Under the pieces are notes generated by a model that did not search any database, was not told the origin of the DNA, and worked only from the letters and a program-made list of their open reading frames with translations. A program made the position numbers and the translations under genes. A DNA stretch of 56,821 nucleotides, the filler included, from Sphacelaria rigidula (taxonomy: Eukaryota): NCBI GenBank assembly GCA_964200075.2. It is 4 parts of 4 records of this genome, joined end to end, with 100 filler letters (N's around TTAATTAATTAA, not from the genome) between each part and the next. Parts side by side here need not be neighbours in the genome. Positions count along the whole stretch, not along the records: positions 1 to 14,132 come from CAXNAA020002440.1; 3 more parts are not named here. One strand, given 5' to 3'. This document shows positions 1 through 13,386 of the stretch, in pieces. Numbering within the stretch: the first letter of the stretch is position 1; every line of letters begins with the position of its first letter.

Positions 1-1262
1 TCCCCCGGCATAGGGGCGTTTCGAGGCTTAGCGGTTTTATCCGTGCCCTCTCGTCCCCTCCCGACCCCCCCCCCCCCCCCCCCCCTTTGTCCGGCGAAAA
101 CCCGGCGTGCTCCGTCCTGGCTTTTTAGAGATGCGAGGTCAATTGTCATACGGCTATGGCATGCATGATCATGAGTCCCCCCAACCCCGCGCGCACATAC
201 GCACATACGCACTCCCACTCTTACTCCCATCCCCCCATCTTCCATTCCCCCCAAAAGATGATTGTTCTCTTCTTTTTCTGAATCTTGTGAGTGTGTTGGT
301 CACCCTCTTGACCGTCAGAGCGGTGTCCATCTGCTGATGATGCGGCATCATTTTCACCTCATGAATGAAGAACCAGAACAGGTTTTGTCAAATTGAACGC
401 GACGCAGGGCGATGAAAGGTGAAAGTAATCCCGTACGTGGCTGGCTAGATCTTGAGAATTTTTTACTGGTGGAGCATTCGTACACAAGAGTCGAACGACG
501 AAAATCAAGCTGGGGAAAAAATGAGAGGAAAAAAAACGGACCACAACACGAATGTCCTTTTCACTGTTTCAAGACTGCCCAAATGTGAAATGTCAATCCC
601 GATGTATTTCACACGAAAACCCCATGTCATATTTTGTATCTCTGCTGCATTTCAACTTCGATACTTCCCAAACCGACACATCTGGTCGATGATTTGTCTC
701 CCATCAGCCGATCCGCTCACCAATCTGACCGTGCCTTCGAAGTGAGACTGTCTTCTCTTCTCTAGTACTTCGTGTCATTCTCCAACTGGGCGAGGAACCC
801 CTTCCCCCACGCTTCACGCTCAACATCTATACTGATGTGTTGAAGCTGTTCCGATATGACGCATCACTATTTCTAGCTCTGTCGCATCATATATGTCCTA
901 CTTTTGCTTAACTTGACTCCTCTCGGGCACCAGACCTCCTCTCGGCAAAATATCCCCAGCAGACTGTTGACATCGGTAAACCGTAACGGTGCGGCTGAGC
1001 AGCTCCTTTTCATTTGCGAGTACCGATCTTGTTGACAACACCCCGCAATTCTCGTGACCTCGCAACCCCTGACTGGTGCATAGTAATGTACTCAGGGGGA
1101 TCGTTTTACCAAGGCATAACTGTTATTCACGCATTTACAGTTTTCCACATGGAGACCTATCCGAGGAGGTTCGATCTCTGATGGGGTTTATTCATTCACA
1201 CCCCCGTGCCGGCCCCGTCGCCCTCGCCCCATCCGGTCCCTGCCCCATCGTCGCCACCTCAG

Positions 1263-1583
1263 GATGTGCATCGAACAGCTTACCTACGCCGGAGTGTTCG
1301 AGGCGGTGCAGATCCGCAAGTCGGGGTATCCGTTCCGGCTGCCGCACCGACGGTTCGCCAACCGCTACCGGTGCCTGGCCTACAAGGAGAGCGGCTGGGT
1401 CGGTCTGGGCACACGGGAGGGGGACTACAAGGGCATGTGCTCCGCGCTTCTCAAGTGCGTTAATCAAGACTTCTCGAAGGTCCAGCTGGGCAACACGATG
1501 GTGCTGTACCGTGCCGAGGAGCATAGGGTGCTGGAGCTCCTGCGAAATCTGTGCCTGGAGAGGGTGCTTCCTGTGGCGCAGAG
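1263..1583 (+). CDS. Unconventional myosin (MyTH4 tail), exon A: end of motor domain (SH1 helix/converter)
   Basis: CAG acceptor ends at 1262, GT donor at 1584. Translates MCIEQLTYAGVFEAVQIRKSGYPFRLPHRRFANRY...LGNTMVLYRA, matching the myosin QLxxxGVLExxRIxxxGYPxR and GxTKVFxR motifs. Upstream motor exons were not found in 1-1262. Confidence 0.95.
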
Positions 1584-2093
1584 GTGTGTCGGGGAAGCAA
1601 GTACACCCGCGGCACGGGGAGGGGCGGGAGAGGGGGGTGAGGGGGGGGTACTCATGACTATGCATGCCATAGCTTTTAAGATCATCAGCTTTCTATTCCC
1701 ACAATGTAAAGATGACGCACGCCGGGTTTTCGCCGGCGCGGGGGGGGGGGGAAGGGGGTACCCAAGCATACGGTGCATATCACGCGTACGTGAAATACCA
1801 CCCCTCCTACTCTAAATGACGGAATAATACGGTCAGGTGATGAATTTTCGGCTACTTTTGGCACACAAGTGGTCCTTTTACTACTGTACCTCGGTGCGTG
1901 GCATGTCGCATGTCCGCCTGAATCCACTCGCAAGTAGTGGGCACGAGAGGGCTGAACGGAATCCGGATAATGATTCATACCACTCGTCGTCTCGTGTGAG
2001 GGAGGGTTAACATCGTTGTAACCTCCGGCCGCGCATGTTGTCCTCCCCTCCCCCCCTCTTTCACGATGTCCGTGCTTCCGTGTGTTTGCGTAG

Positions 2094-2147
2094 GATGGCG
2101 CGTATACGCATTGGTCGAACTTTCAGACGCTGCATGAAGGACGCTAG
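2094..2147 (+). CDS. Myosin exon B: IQ-like motif
   Basis: TAG acceptor, GTATAT donor; phase 2 joins exon A to give AQRMARIRIGRTFRRCMKDA (IQxxxRGxxxR-like). Confidence 0.8.
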   Translation, partial: DGAYTHWSNFQTLHEGR

Positions 2148-3718
2148 GTATATCTGTGCCACGGCGTTACAAACATGGTGAGACGAAGGACAGGGAAGGT
2201 CTCTCCTCCTCCCCCCCCCCATAGCCCCCGTTTCTGTACCTTCGACTGGTCATTGGTTGATTGAAGGATGTTGCACTGACTTGTTGCATTCGTTGAATTA
2301 AATGTTGCACTGACTTGTTGCACTGACTCAAGGGGTAACGTTCTCGTGGCCGACTGAAGCGTCGTCCCATTTGTCTGATTGAAGCCCTCCCTCATTGGGT
2401 TTCTCCTTTCCTTGGACAGGCGCAGTATGCACGGTCTTACATGTCGTTGACTAGAAAGGTCCATGCCTTATTCTCATGTGTTCATCTTCCTCAGCCGACC
2501 CTAACCCTTCTGGAGCTCTCAACGGAAAATTGATCATTTGCAATTGACGCTTTTGTAGCAGGATATGGTTGATGGTTCACAGCTCAGAGAGCAACAATAT
2601 TCGCCCGATGCGTGTTTTTCGGACCCGTGCGAGTGACAAGTGGAACACAAAAAGGTCTGCTATTTACCCATGTGCCGTACCAGATCCGGGAACCCATTGC
2701 TGTTTTTTCCAATGGAATGTTCCATGGTGTTTTTGCTACTTATTGTCGATGGATACGATCGGACACACTTCATCCGTTGCGTGGTATGATTGAACAAAAA
2801 TCACGCGACCTCTCCAGGGAGGACACTTTTCCTGCACCCGCTGCGTGAAGTGCTGGATTCTTCTTCGGTCTTTCGTGATAAAAATGGTTGCCGTCGGCCT
2901 TTTCTGTTTCCATCCTTTCATATTTTTCAGGGCTTCTCATAGTGAGACGTTTGGCCGGGGGACAAAAGGGAAGGGTTCCTCAAGGGTTGATGACAATTTG
3001 TTGAAAACTGCACAACTATGTAGAATAAGATGTGCAGTTTGTGACATTTTTCATACAGGATTGTTGTGGTGCGAGCTGCGAGCTTCGTCGATATCTTTTT
3101 GGATAAGATTTCCTGAGTGGTCAGTCCTTGAATGACGAGTGACCTCTGTCCTGGAGTTCTTTGCGATGAGACGTCATGAAATTCATTCGTCTGATAGGGA
3201 TGCTGTCCCCACTGCTCCATGTTTATCCGCACAAGACAATGGCAAAGCACAAGCTTTCACGTCACGATAAAACTCAACTATCTGGCCGTGCTGTGAACGT
3301 ATCCCGTTACAGTACTGGAGTACTGGGCGTCGATGGCCTATGATGATGCGATATGCCTCGTCTATGGGGATCCCCGGCGAAGATTGTCTCATCGTTTGTG
3401 AATAATTGTTTTGTGTATTGGAATCGAGCTCACTGCTGTAACGTTGTACTAGCTGGGCGTATTCAAACGGTTATACATTGGGCCGCATTTTCATCACTCC
3501 CCTCTTACTGATTTGTTTGGTTGCTGTTGCTGAGTCCCTCTTTTCAAACATATACAGGTGTCATGTTCCTGCTCATTTTTCTCTACTTTCTTTACTTACT
3601 TTCTCTCCCCTTACTCCTCTATCTCATCTTACTTGATGTAGGTTATTTATTTTTCTTGCTTTTGCTCACCTTACTTACTTTCACTGCACTCCTTTTATTT
3701 TTCTCCCCGAAATCACAG

Positions 3719-3848
3719 CTCCACAGACGCAGCTGGTTTAGATGCGGCCATCGCTAGGGCGGAGCAGGCGACGGCCAACGTGCGATCCGTGTTCTCCTGG
3801 GAACCGCCGGAGATGAGGCGCTGCCGTGACCTCAGATTCGCTCTTCAG
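3719..3848 (+). CDS. Myosin exon C (helical tail)
   Basis: Long pyrimidine tract + CAG, donor GTAATG; phase-compatible; STDAAGLDAAIARAEQATANVRSVFSWEPPEMRRCRDLRFALQ. Confidence 0.8.
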
Positions 3849-4204
3849 GTAATGATTGAAAGTTGATAAATCAACTCGTGTTTTGCGGAATATTTCCCTT
3901 GTCGGAAAGTCCCTTTGAAAATCTGGACCCCCAGTTGTACGCTGAACGGAAATTCTCTTATTTTGGGGGGGGAGGGGTTCGAGTACTCGGAGTTAGTCGT
4001 GGTGGGAGAGACAGCGACTACCTGAAAGAAAAAAAAAGGCATCTGCTACGCATGTGGTGCCATAATCGTTATTTGTGCCCCATACAGCAGACCTGAAGCG
4101 ATGATCGTACCAGCTGTATGCTGTATATGCCACCATGCGTGTACGAAGATGTCATCACTTACAGCAGAACGATTGGATTATACTCTGCAGTTGAGAGCCG
4201 CATC

Positions 4205-4285
4205 GGCGTGGTAGTGTATTGATACAAGTGACACCATGAGGGTGGGAATAGCGCCGGTTCGATTCCCAGTAAATACGCCCAGTTT
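4205..4285 (+). mobile_element. Degenerate tRNA-derived SINE head
   Basis: A-box-like TAGTGTATTG and B-box GGTTCGATTCC; no clean cloverleaf; intronic. Confidence 0.35.
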
Positions 4286-4793
4286 GACTTTTTTTTCTCA
4301 TAAGTGTACGTATGATTTTCGCCTTTGAGCAGCAATAGGCGTCATTGCGATGAGTGGTGTAGTGTTGGTCATCATCCAATCCGCGAGACGGTACCAAAAT
4401 GTGAGGCATATGGGTTGATCCCGCGATACCACGGATTCGTTACGAGGAAGGGGAGGGATCTGCAAGTGTGACGGACAAAACCGTGAGAGTCGCGATACTA
4501 CACCAGACAGGCGTTCACATTTTTCGGTTCATACTGGCGTCATTTCAAATATATAAATGTACTTCGTACATTACTAAGTATATATAGCGATTATGTGGGC
4601 CTTAGAACACCCTCAGAGCAACACGCATACCGTACCAAGAGACCCGAGTTTCGCTAGATGACCACCTTCTCTGATATGCATAACTAATTGTCGAGTGTAA
4701 AAAAAAAAAGACAAACGTTGGAGCATGAACGTTTTGCATCTGTCCGAATTTGAATGCATCGTTTGTTCCCGCTGGAATATGACTGACCACCAG

Positions 4794-4940
4794 GAGCGAC
4801 TGGAGTTGGAGTCCGTGTTGCGATCACTGCTGGCTCAAGACCCAACGACGTGCTACGCACAGCTAAGATCTGCCGTTCTCCGGTGCAATAAGATCCGACA
4901 CGTGGCAGGTTCTCCACAGCAGATGGCCTTGGAAAACCAG
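4794..4940 (+). CDS. Myosin exon D (helical tail)
   Basis: CAG/GTACTC boundaries, 147 nt, phase 0; ERLELESVLRSLLAQDPTTCYAQLRSAVLRCNKIRHVAGSPQQMALENQ. Confidence 0.8.
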
Positions 4941-6527
4941 GTACTCCCCCCGCCCCGCGCGCGCGCGCGCTTTTTTTTGTGCATTTTTATGTTCCTTTAT
5001 TTGATTGATGTTGATTTCAGACGTCCTCAAAATATTTCTCGTAGTACGGCACGAGTAAGGCGTCAACGTTTGTGTTGCGCTCGTATATAAAGTACAATAC
5101 GATCATTCATGTCCTATTTACAGTAGGAAGTCTGCCATCACTGCTATTTTTGACTCTGGAGCAGTCCTACGAGGGTAATGTACCGACTTATCTCAGACCC
5201 GTCTGGGAGTAGGCCAGCCCACAGACAATTGCGCTGCACAACCACAAGAGGTCGTGCGCTTGCGAGGGGAAGGGGTGGGACAGCATGCGAGCACCTACTA
5301 TCGAAGCAATGGATTCCTGTAGGACGACCTCCCCCCCCCCCCCATTCCCCCCTCGGCCGACTTTGGCAGCCCACGGAAAAGGCGACATGACGGTTGACCT
5401 AAAGTATAACTCTGACTGTACCCTTCGCGCACGCGAAAATTTGTTTCTGGTGCTGGTCGTGCCATTGGCGTACTGTACTGTACTGTACTGAATAGTTGTC
5501 TTGGAGACAAACGAGTGGCGCAACCATTTCTGGAATAGACGCCCACCGACGAGGACTGTGCTTTGGCGGCCGACCCAGGCCAACCTGGCTCGTGTGGTCA
5601 GCAAATGAGAGAAGAGTCAAAACAACCACGAAAAGGTGCTTGCTGTGGACTTCACATTTCCAACATATCGCTTTTCAGCTCGCATCATGCTGGCTGACAC
5701 TTGTGTCTGTGGAGGGTCATGCGGGAGCAGACTGCCGCTGTACTTGTGCTGTGCTGTGCTTCCTTTGTCCCGTAAGTGCTTGGTTCTGTGAGCCGAAATG
5801 TGATGTGCTCCAAAATCAGCCACAATCAGACCATTTTCTACCAGAGACAGTGTGGTCACTTCCTATACTTTGTTCGTTTCACCAGCTTACCATTGGTTTT
5901 ATATTTCAAATGACGCCTGCTGTAGCATCGTTAACGTCAGCGTTAGGACGATACGAACTGCACCCTAGAACCAACTAGACTGTTGAGACAGGAAGTATGG
6001 TATTTCGAAGCGTAGATGAAATAGTCTGTCTAGTGGATGGCACCAGTATAGTGTAGTGTAGTGTAGAGTGCTGTAGTGTTGTCGTGACCTGCAGGTGTGA
6101 CAATAGATTACATTGACAAAAAGTGTACTGCCTACAGTACGGAATCCGTTGTCTATTGCAGTAGGCAATGGTCGATACTGCAAGCGGTTAACGTTTTGAC
6201 AATACAATCATTTGTCATTGTCCAGAGTGTGCACGTGTGTACACTCTTAGTGGCATGCTGTGAAGATACCATTTTCCCGGCGATTCCCCGTTGTGCAGGT
6301 CATCATCCGCTAGCTATCACCCTCGAACAGACTTTTCGGTCGTGGGAGGTGGTGTCGGGTACTGAGGGGTTAGGCAGCACACGGTGAAGTTTTTGAATAC
6401 TTTCCCCGGTTGCGCTTCTGCGCCTCGTCTATTCTTTCATGCGTTGGCTTCTATAAACAATGTTCGGGTATCATTTCTGCGCATGTGATAAACAGTAGTT
6501 GTGGTGGAAGTAGTGGGGGCGTAGTAT

Positions 6528-6888
6528 TGTGTCTGTGTGTTGTCATCCCATCTATTCTGGACGCTAGTCTACACCTTTCGGTATATATGGGCGCATCAGC
6601 CGGGGCCACACAGGAGGAAGGCCAGCACATGCGTTTTTTCTTTTTTTCAGTACCCCACCTTCCTTCTGTTGTACTTGCCTGATTTTTTATCGCAAGATGA
6701 GGTTCAGCGGTCCCTTTCCCTCGTCGACCGTGAAGTCGGATTTTGTGTACCCACGACATAGTCTCTCTCCACTGTTGGGCATGGTGTGGAAAAACATCCC
6801 AGATCGAGTGACTGCACCAAGATTCGAACCCACGACCCAACCGTCAGAGGGGTTCAAGATCACGAACTGAGCCAGCGGGACGACCGAC
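6528..6888 (-). mobile_element. tRNA-derived SINE, near full length
   Basis: Minus strand begins with a tRNA-like head (TGGCTCAGTTCG A box; GGTTCGAATC B box) and ends in a CA-rich tail. The 3' ~110 bp recurs inverted at 10128-10238. Confidence 0.7.
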
Positions 6889-7526
6889 TGGTAGTACTAG
6901 CCTATATTACCACCCTTCCCTCGGTGGGGTAGATGGTGAGCATCATGGACCATCTTGGGCAGGGCAATTGGTTGGAATGCTGACGGCGATTGCTTGGTTG
7001 TTTTGCATTTCCGCGTGGAAGGCTTTGTTTGAGGCGGTGATTGACTGAGTTGTCTATTGGAGTCTCTGTGACCGACAAGCTTGGCAGGATTACGATACAT
7101 CAATATCGGTTTTCTGTGGAAGTGCTGAACCTTGACTCCTTACCTCCATCATATGTTCATATCATGGATCCTGTCCAACGCGATTCCCCTAATTGTCAGG
7201 TGTGTGCCTGGGTGATCATGAAATGATCCCTCAAGGAAAGGGATGTGTCACAACGAAACAGTGTGGGGATGGGGGGGGGGGGGGGGTGACAAGAATTACG
7301 AAAAGTAAACAAAGGAGTGACGACAAACACGGGCCCCAGTGATTACTCGATTGCTTCAGTTACTCGGCCGCAGTCACACAAATATAGACTTAACCCGAAA
7401 AGAACAAGAGACGGACCGATTATGTCGACAAGACTGGAATCAAAAGGCGACCATGGAACGTAAATTGACACGATGGTACGTGCGTGTGTTGTTTGTATTT
7501 ACATTTAAATTTGCGTTGTGCTGCAG

Positions 7527-7718
7527 GCTCGTGCACACCTGCACCAGGGGGCAGCCGCGAAGCTTGATCCCATCGCTACCGAGGCGTTGGCCATCTTGGA
7601 GAAAAAGCTGATGGAGGATGTGAGCAAGGACGCCGAAGAGGTGGAGTACGTGACGCGAGATATTGAGGAGATCCGGAGGGTGCTGGTATTGCCGGAGGAG
7701 GAATTTGTACGCCGACAG
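7527..7718 (+). CDS. Myosin exon E (helical tail)
   Basis: TGCAG/GTGACG boundaries, 192 nt, phase 0; ARAHLHQGAAAKLDPIATEALAILEKKLMEDV...EEEFVRRQ. Confidence 0.85.
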
Positions 7719-9080
7719 GTGACGACCGTCAAATGGAAGAGACGGGATGAGTTTTTCGTGGTGGTACTTGTTTCACGGTTTATATGTTGCTGTCGGGGTG
7801 CCGTTGATGCGTGCAAGTTATCGTGTACTGTGTGATGCGTCATCTACCCCTCTGCGTTTGTTTTGCTGTTTCCTGTGGAAGTGGTACCAGATTTTTGAGC
7901 CGGTCGTTTTGATCACTATTTTTATTTTTCACCTTTGTCTTCGTTTCTTCCATCATTTTTTTTTCTTATTATTTTTGAGTAATGCTGTAGAAGGGGTGCA
8001 CAAATATTTTCTGAGATGAGCGTTCTTGGTAGCCCTTTACCTCATGCAAAATACCACTTATGGACATATGTAAGAGCACGCCAGGATTACTATTCCGATG
8101 CGCTAGGGATATCCCGAATGAATTTGCCAACGGGAATGCCTCGACCCATATTATTGTGCATCTAGAATCGTTGGGAGCCCCTAAACCAGAGAGAAATTTG
8201 CGCCAAAAGTGCATTCCTACCGTAGCGTTGCCTTTTTGTTCTCTTTAATATTATGTCATCTTATTTTGCTCGATTTTACTTGTATATATTTTTCCGTTTG
8301 TTCCTCCTTTTTCTTTTTTCCCTCTTGTCCTTCCTCGAGTTTCCCTTGATGATTATTATCACCGTGAGTACTTGTACATTGTGACATCAGTCAATTCTGT
8401 GCGACAGTCGATCAATCAATCGATGGATCGAAAGAGACACTGCTCGGCATCGAACAGCAATCTGTGGAGATCAATCGTACAAGAGAAAGCACATATCACC
8501 CAATATGAGTCGGATCATGGCGATAACACACACGTACGCCAAAGAGCAGCCGAAATGTTGTGTTGGTCATTGCTCACGGAATAACACATTCTGTTTCAGA
8601 GTACACTGACATCACTCGCACCCTGGACAAAACACAGCATAGACAGAGTGTACTGCGCACAGTATGGAGTACGTTATCTATTTGATGTTTCATTTACAAA
8701 TATATACTATACTCGATTCTGTTCGCAGTACACTTTCTTTCAATATGGTTTATCGCCGATGTCCAGAATGTGAAATCATTATATTCGATCCCATGAAGAG
8801 GTGTGGTGTAATGTGCTTTGTACAAAACACTCAACAATCGCACGTCGACCTGTACTAGATTAACTGTCCGTCGTATGCGAAATGTGCACAGATCAGTGCA
8901 ATTGATCTCTAGTCTGTAAATGATCCAAAGTGTGCAGTGTGCACTGAAATCAGTACATTTAATCTGCAGTACATGAACCGATGTGATCTGTATGTACGAT
9001 GTGCACTAAAATCAGTATATTTGACTTCTGTCCTGCCGTTGTACGGGGGCGGGGTTCGGGGGCGATTTCACTATGACAAG

Positions 9081-9244
9081 GTGGAAGTGGCCAAGGAACT
9101 CAACGATCCTGAGCGCGTGATCAACCGCGAGATTAAATTGAAAGAGCTCTACCTCGACGCAAACGGACCGAACTTCGAGCTCAGCAAGTTTCCGCAGCTG
9201 CGGTCCGCAGAGGAGTGGGCGGCGATGAAGAGCTTCACCGGAAA
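9081..9244 (+). CDS. Myosin exon F (pre-MyTH4)
   Basis: AAG acceptor (weak), GTGAGC donor; VEVAKELNDPERVINREIKLKELYLDANGPNFELSKFPQLRSAEEWAAMKSFTG; phase 2 matches the next exon. Confidence 0.85.
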
Positions 9245-10127
9245 GTGAGCAACACGGGTGTGCAGCGGCTTTTTTTATTTGTCAACCTCGCTGTTCTTCT
9301 TTGCCCTCACTCCCTGCGCCTCCCGTTTTTTTTTTGCGTACGTCACTTTTTCTGCTCTCGATTTTGTTTTGTGCTGGGTGTGTACTGTGCCTTCCCTTCG
9401 TATCGCTGTGGCCGTTGTTGTTGTTATGGCCGTTGTCGAAGTCGCCGATACTACACCGCGGGAACCCATTTGTACAATTTTGATGACCGTACGTACCTCA
9501 CACAATTCCGTGTTGCCTCTCGAAGGCCGGGAAGGGGAGGGGGGGATGTTACTTATGTCGTGTTTTCATCCACCATATCGCAGTTGTACTATATTATTAT
9601 CCACGGCGACACTGATGTATATGACAGTTGATGGTAGTACTGGGCTTGGTCGGGGTGGCGGTGCGCGTTTGGTGCAGCAAAGATGGTTGTGCTGCAGAAC
9701 TCATGCAGAAATGTTTTGATGTGTACAGTAGAAACTGGTGAAACCACTCAAGATGAAACTAGAGGCGGACGAGGGGAAGGGGAGTGTAGTCCGTAGTGCG
9801 TAGTGCCTCGATCCGTGGTGCTGGCTCTACTGTAGCCTACGGCACATGTCGGTATCAATCATTCTACCATTGATGTTGCGAAAGTTCTAATCTATATTAT
9901 GTCCCTGACCATACCGGGTTTTTTTCCCTCCATTTGTTTCTGCTCAAACCGTGGGTCGGAAATTCGATGTCGGGCTAACTTGCGTCTGCATGGGAGGTAT
10001 AATGTAGGGAACCACTCTGCCGAACAAGCGTTACAACCAAGTTTGTCTTTCATATCAAGCAGTTGTGTAATCTTTTGTTGGTACCTCCGTTATGTGGGTG
10101 ACAAGACAGAAATCGAAGTCAAAACTC

Positions 10128-10238
10128 CCGTGTGTCACGTTCCTCCTGTGTGACCCCGGCTGATGCGCCCACATACACCGAATCGTGTAGACATGCGTCC
10201 AGAATAGATGGGATGATGACACGCACACGCACACAAAC
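10128..10238 (+). mobile_element. 5'-truncated copy of the same SINE
   Basis: TTCCTCCTGTGTGACCCCGGCTGATGCGCCC...GCGTCCAGAATAGATGGGATGA is a close reverse complement of 6535-6625. Confidence 0.7.
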
Positions 10239-10999
10239 CATGTAGTGTCCTGGAATCTTGTCGGAAAAAAATCCTACAAGTGTTGGTCGAGGAATGGCCT
10301 TCCACATTGGCGACACCATGAGATAACTCGTACGCTTCATGAACAGAACGTCCCGGCTTTTAGCCCCGGCCCTCACCAATGTGACGAAAAAAGAAGAAAG
10401 GTGACCCCCGAAGTTTAGTGGGTATCAAACATACCAAGACCCTCCTCGTTGACAATTGTTCAACTTCGCGGTGTTGGTCCACCTCGGCCACAGCGGTAAT
10501 GTCGGGGGACAAGACTGGTGGGTGACGTTCGAAGCAGAGATGACAACCTCACGGCAAAGCACCCTGTCGAGATTGTTGCCCTGGTATCCCACCACATGTA
10601 GAAGGGGAATCATAAATGGTGTGCATCCTCACCGCTAGCTGGCAGAAATGGTTACCCCTACAATCCGCTCCTCGTTAGAAAACGTACGTAGACGCTCATA
10701 AAAGGGTCGAGGTGGTGATGGTGGGGGGGGGAAAGGGGAGGGGTACTGCTACCATCACATGAAAGGGGAGACTCCCATAAGTGTCTCTCGGCAAACCATT
10801 TCTTCACAATTGGAACAAAAACCCATGACATTGTATTTGATTCGAGAGGTGCAGTAATGAACAGAACGCTTTTATCGCGTATAACAAATGTTATTTATGT
10901 GTCTTCTTTTGTCGGTACACCACTACCAAAATATTCATTTTTTGTTTATATTTTGAGGAAAATGATCCACTGACAACTTCTTTTTTTTTTCCGACACAG

Positions 11000-11184
11000 G
11001 GCGAAGAAGGCAGAACTAGCGGCGTCGTATCTGAGGTGGGCTTCCGACCCCATCCACAAGTCGCTCATCGACATTTCCGGGCTCAAGGGAGAGGCGAAGA
11101 AGCAGTTCAAGAATCTGCTGGGCTACTGCGGGGATCGCAAGTATCAGTATCCTGATCCGCTCATCCGGGATATCGTCGCCAAGG
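11000..11184 (+). CDS. Myosin exon G: MyTH4 N-terminal part
   Basis: Poly-T + CAG, donor GTGAGC; YLRWASDPIHKSLIDISGLKGEAKKQFKNLLGYCGDRKY matches the MyTH4 'L.W...PI..SL...FK.IL.YMGDR' pattern. Absent from the ORF track. Confidence 0.92.
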
Positions 11185-11525
11185 GTGAGCATGTTTTGGT
11201 GTGATAACGTGTAGTCGGTCGTTTATCTTGATTTTTTTGTGGCGAGAATATAATTAATTGGCTTCCTGGACTTGATTTGTTGGTTCTTTATTCATTCTTG
11301 AGGATTAAAGCATCTTTCATAACGCTATTAATGCTGAGTTTTTTTTCTTCTCACTGTTTGATTATATAGTATGTTTACATATATATTTAAAGTGTACCCT
11401 TTTTTTTTTACTCTCGTCTTTTTTAAGGGGTTTGCGTTTTACCTTTCATCTTTGTCCCTCTGCGAGTCTTGATCAACGTGCTCCTTTACCCATTCTCCTG
11501 TTAAGAGGAAAAACAAGGTTGGTAT

Positions 11526-11867
11526 CAGTGTTGAAAATCGTGTATCGAAATACCGAGTATCAATCTCGACTTTCCGCAATGCTCAGTATCAGAATCAGGA
11601 GCTGGCAAGCCGATACTTTTGATACGCAAACTGGCTCTCTGGGGGGGGGGCGCCTGCTGAAGTGGAGAGGAGGTAGTGCATTCATATCATCGTCCCCCCC
11701 CCCCCCTTTTTGCAAAAATGACCCTTCAGAAACAACAAAGCCAAGAAGACCAGTTAATCGTTTGTTCGGCCATTTTCCGAGTATCGATGGAAATATCGAT
11801 ATCGACATTTCTTCGATGTTTTTGAAAATCGTATCGAACTTTTTATTCCGTTCGATTTTCAACACTG
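11526..11867. mobile_element. MITE with hAT-like TIRs
   Basis: Perfect 15-bp TIR CAGTGTTGAAAATCG ... CGATTTTCAACACTG; repeated TATCGA subterminal motifs; no TSD recognised. Confidence 0.75.
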
Positions 11868-12559
11868 CTCAACATACAAGTGTTTGTTTTTTTTCCGTAT
11901 TGGGTCCGTCTGTTATAGCTCGTCCGAGTACCGCCGGATCGTTTTGTTGCCGTGTCATGAAGCATCTCCTTATCTCACCACTTATTCCGTAACTTTCATC
12001 CCCTGTACGAACGCAAATACGTCGGTTCCGCATCATGTTAGTTTCGTTTGTTAACGCGCGGTAAGGAAGGGAAGGACACGGTATGGATGATGACGATAAG
12101 AAACGACGCGGTGTGGATGACGACGGTAGCGGTGATACGAGTATCTTGGGATCGAGCCTTTGCGTGTTGACAGCCACCTACCGGACCAAAGCGACAAAAG
12201 TGTGGTCGATCTATTCATTGCACATGGTTGAGCTCTGGACTAGACTCGGGAGAGCATTCGGGTCACAGTACAGTGAAAAAAGTAACTTGTACTCCTGCAT
12301 GATCCGTGTACCACAACAGTGCCGGAAACCCCCCACCTCCCCCGAACCGAGTCATGAACCGATCAGGACCAAATATGACCTTGTACTGAGGCACCTGATT
12401 CTTGCTTTCATGTTCTAGAGGATTCTCTTCAGCCAGCGAACGTCTGTGTGCGTAACGTGCACACACAATTTATCAGGTGTCGTATATGCAATAATGATTT
12501 CACCCATTGACCTGATAAATCATTCGACCTACCGCCCATCCGATCGATGAACGAGTTAG

Positions 12560-12696
12560 GGCTGGAGATGACGGAGTTGCGAGCAGAGCTGTACGTGCAG
12601 ACGATGAAGCAGCTGACGAAAAACCCCAACCCGGCCTCTCAACAGCGTTGTTGGGAAGTGGTGACGCTGATGCTGCAGTGCTTCCCTCCCCCGAAG
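12560..12696 (+). CDS. Myosin exon H: MyTH4 core
   Basis: TAG/GTGAGC; GLEMTELRAELYVQTMKQLTKNPNPASQQRCWEVVTLMLQCFPPPK matches the MyTH4 LRDEIYCQxxKQxTxNP...W.L......FPPS motif. Confidence 0.95.
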
Positions 12697-13386
12697 GTGA
12701 GCGAGGTTGCACAGTTCGCCGCTTTTTGGCGGGTTGCCCATCAGTTTTACCTTGCGTAGGGTTAATCATAACCCAAGCGGCCAAATCAGTCGCTTCTCTG
12801 AACCGGAGTGGTGTCTGGATTTTGTGTGCTCGTAGCATTCGTTGGGAGCTAAACCTTCCTCCCCTGCGGATACGATCAAACGTCGTTTGAAAGCCAGGCG
12901 TTTCGAACTGTTGCGAGATGGTCTAGCCGAGCCTTCGGCTAATCGGAGCACGAACTCACTCGCGAAACTCGCTTGCGGGGTAGGTGTTGAGTTGGGTTTC
13001 CTCCTCCCGTCGAGGAAAAAAAAAGAGATGTCGCTGTGTCCTTGGTTGCTCTTGGGACTGTTTTGTGGACATGCGAGGTCGTGATGTAATCGGATAAACA
13101 GCGCTTTGCCAGGAAGAGACTCCACTTCACGGTGGTCAGAAAACTGAAGTTTTATATTCTTCTTCTCCCCTTCAAATTTTCAAACGGATTCCTGTCCTGT
13201 GTTGGTCTGAGTCATTCAGTTTGCTCTTTCGTTGCTGTCAGTAACATGCTTGTTGTTCGCTTGTCGATTCGCTGGTTTTTGCATCACATTCCTCTCTTTC
13301 TCCTTGTCCCGTTTCCCCGTGCTGATTTGTTCATATTTTGGTTTTGTCGGGGGGTGGACGGGGGGCACTTTGTGCTGTGATTTCAG

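Noticed and set aside
6800..6888. Functional tRNA genes (also 4205-4285 and 33540-33765)
   Set aside because: A/B boxes are present but I could not fold a proper acceptor and anticodon stem; they are attached to repeat bodies, so SINE-derived.
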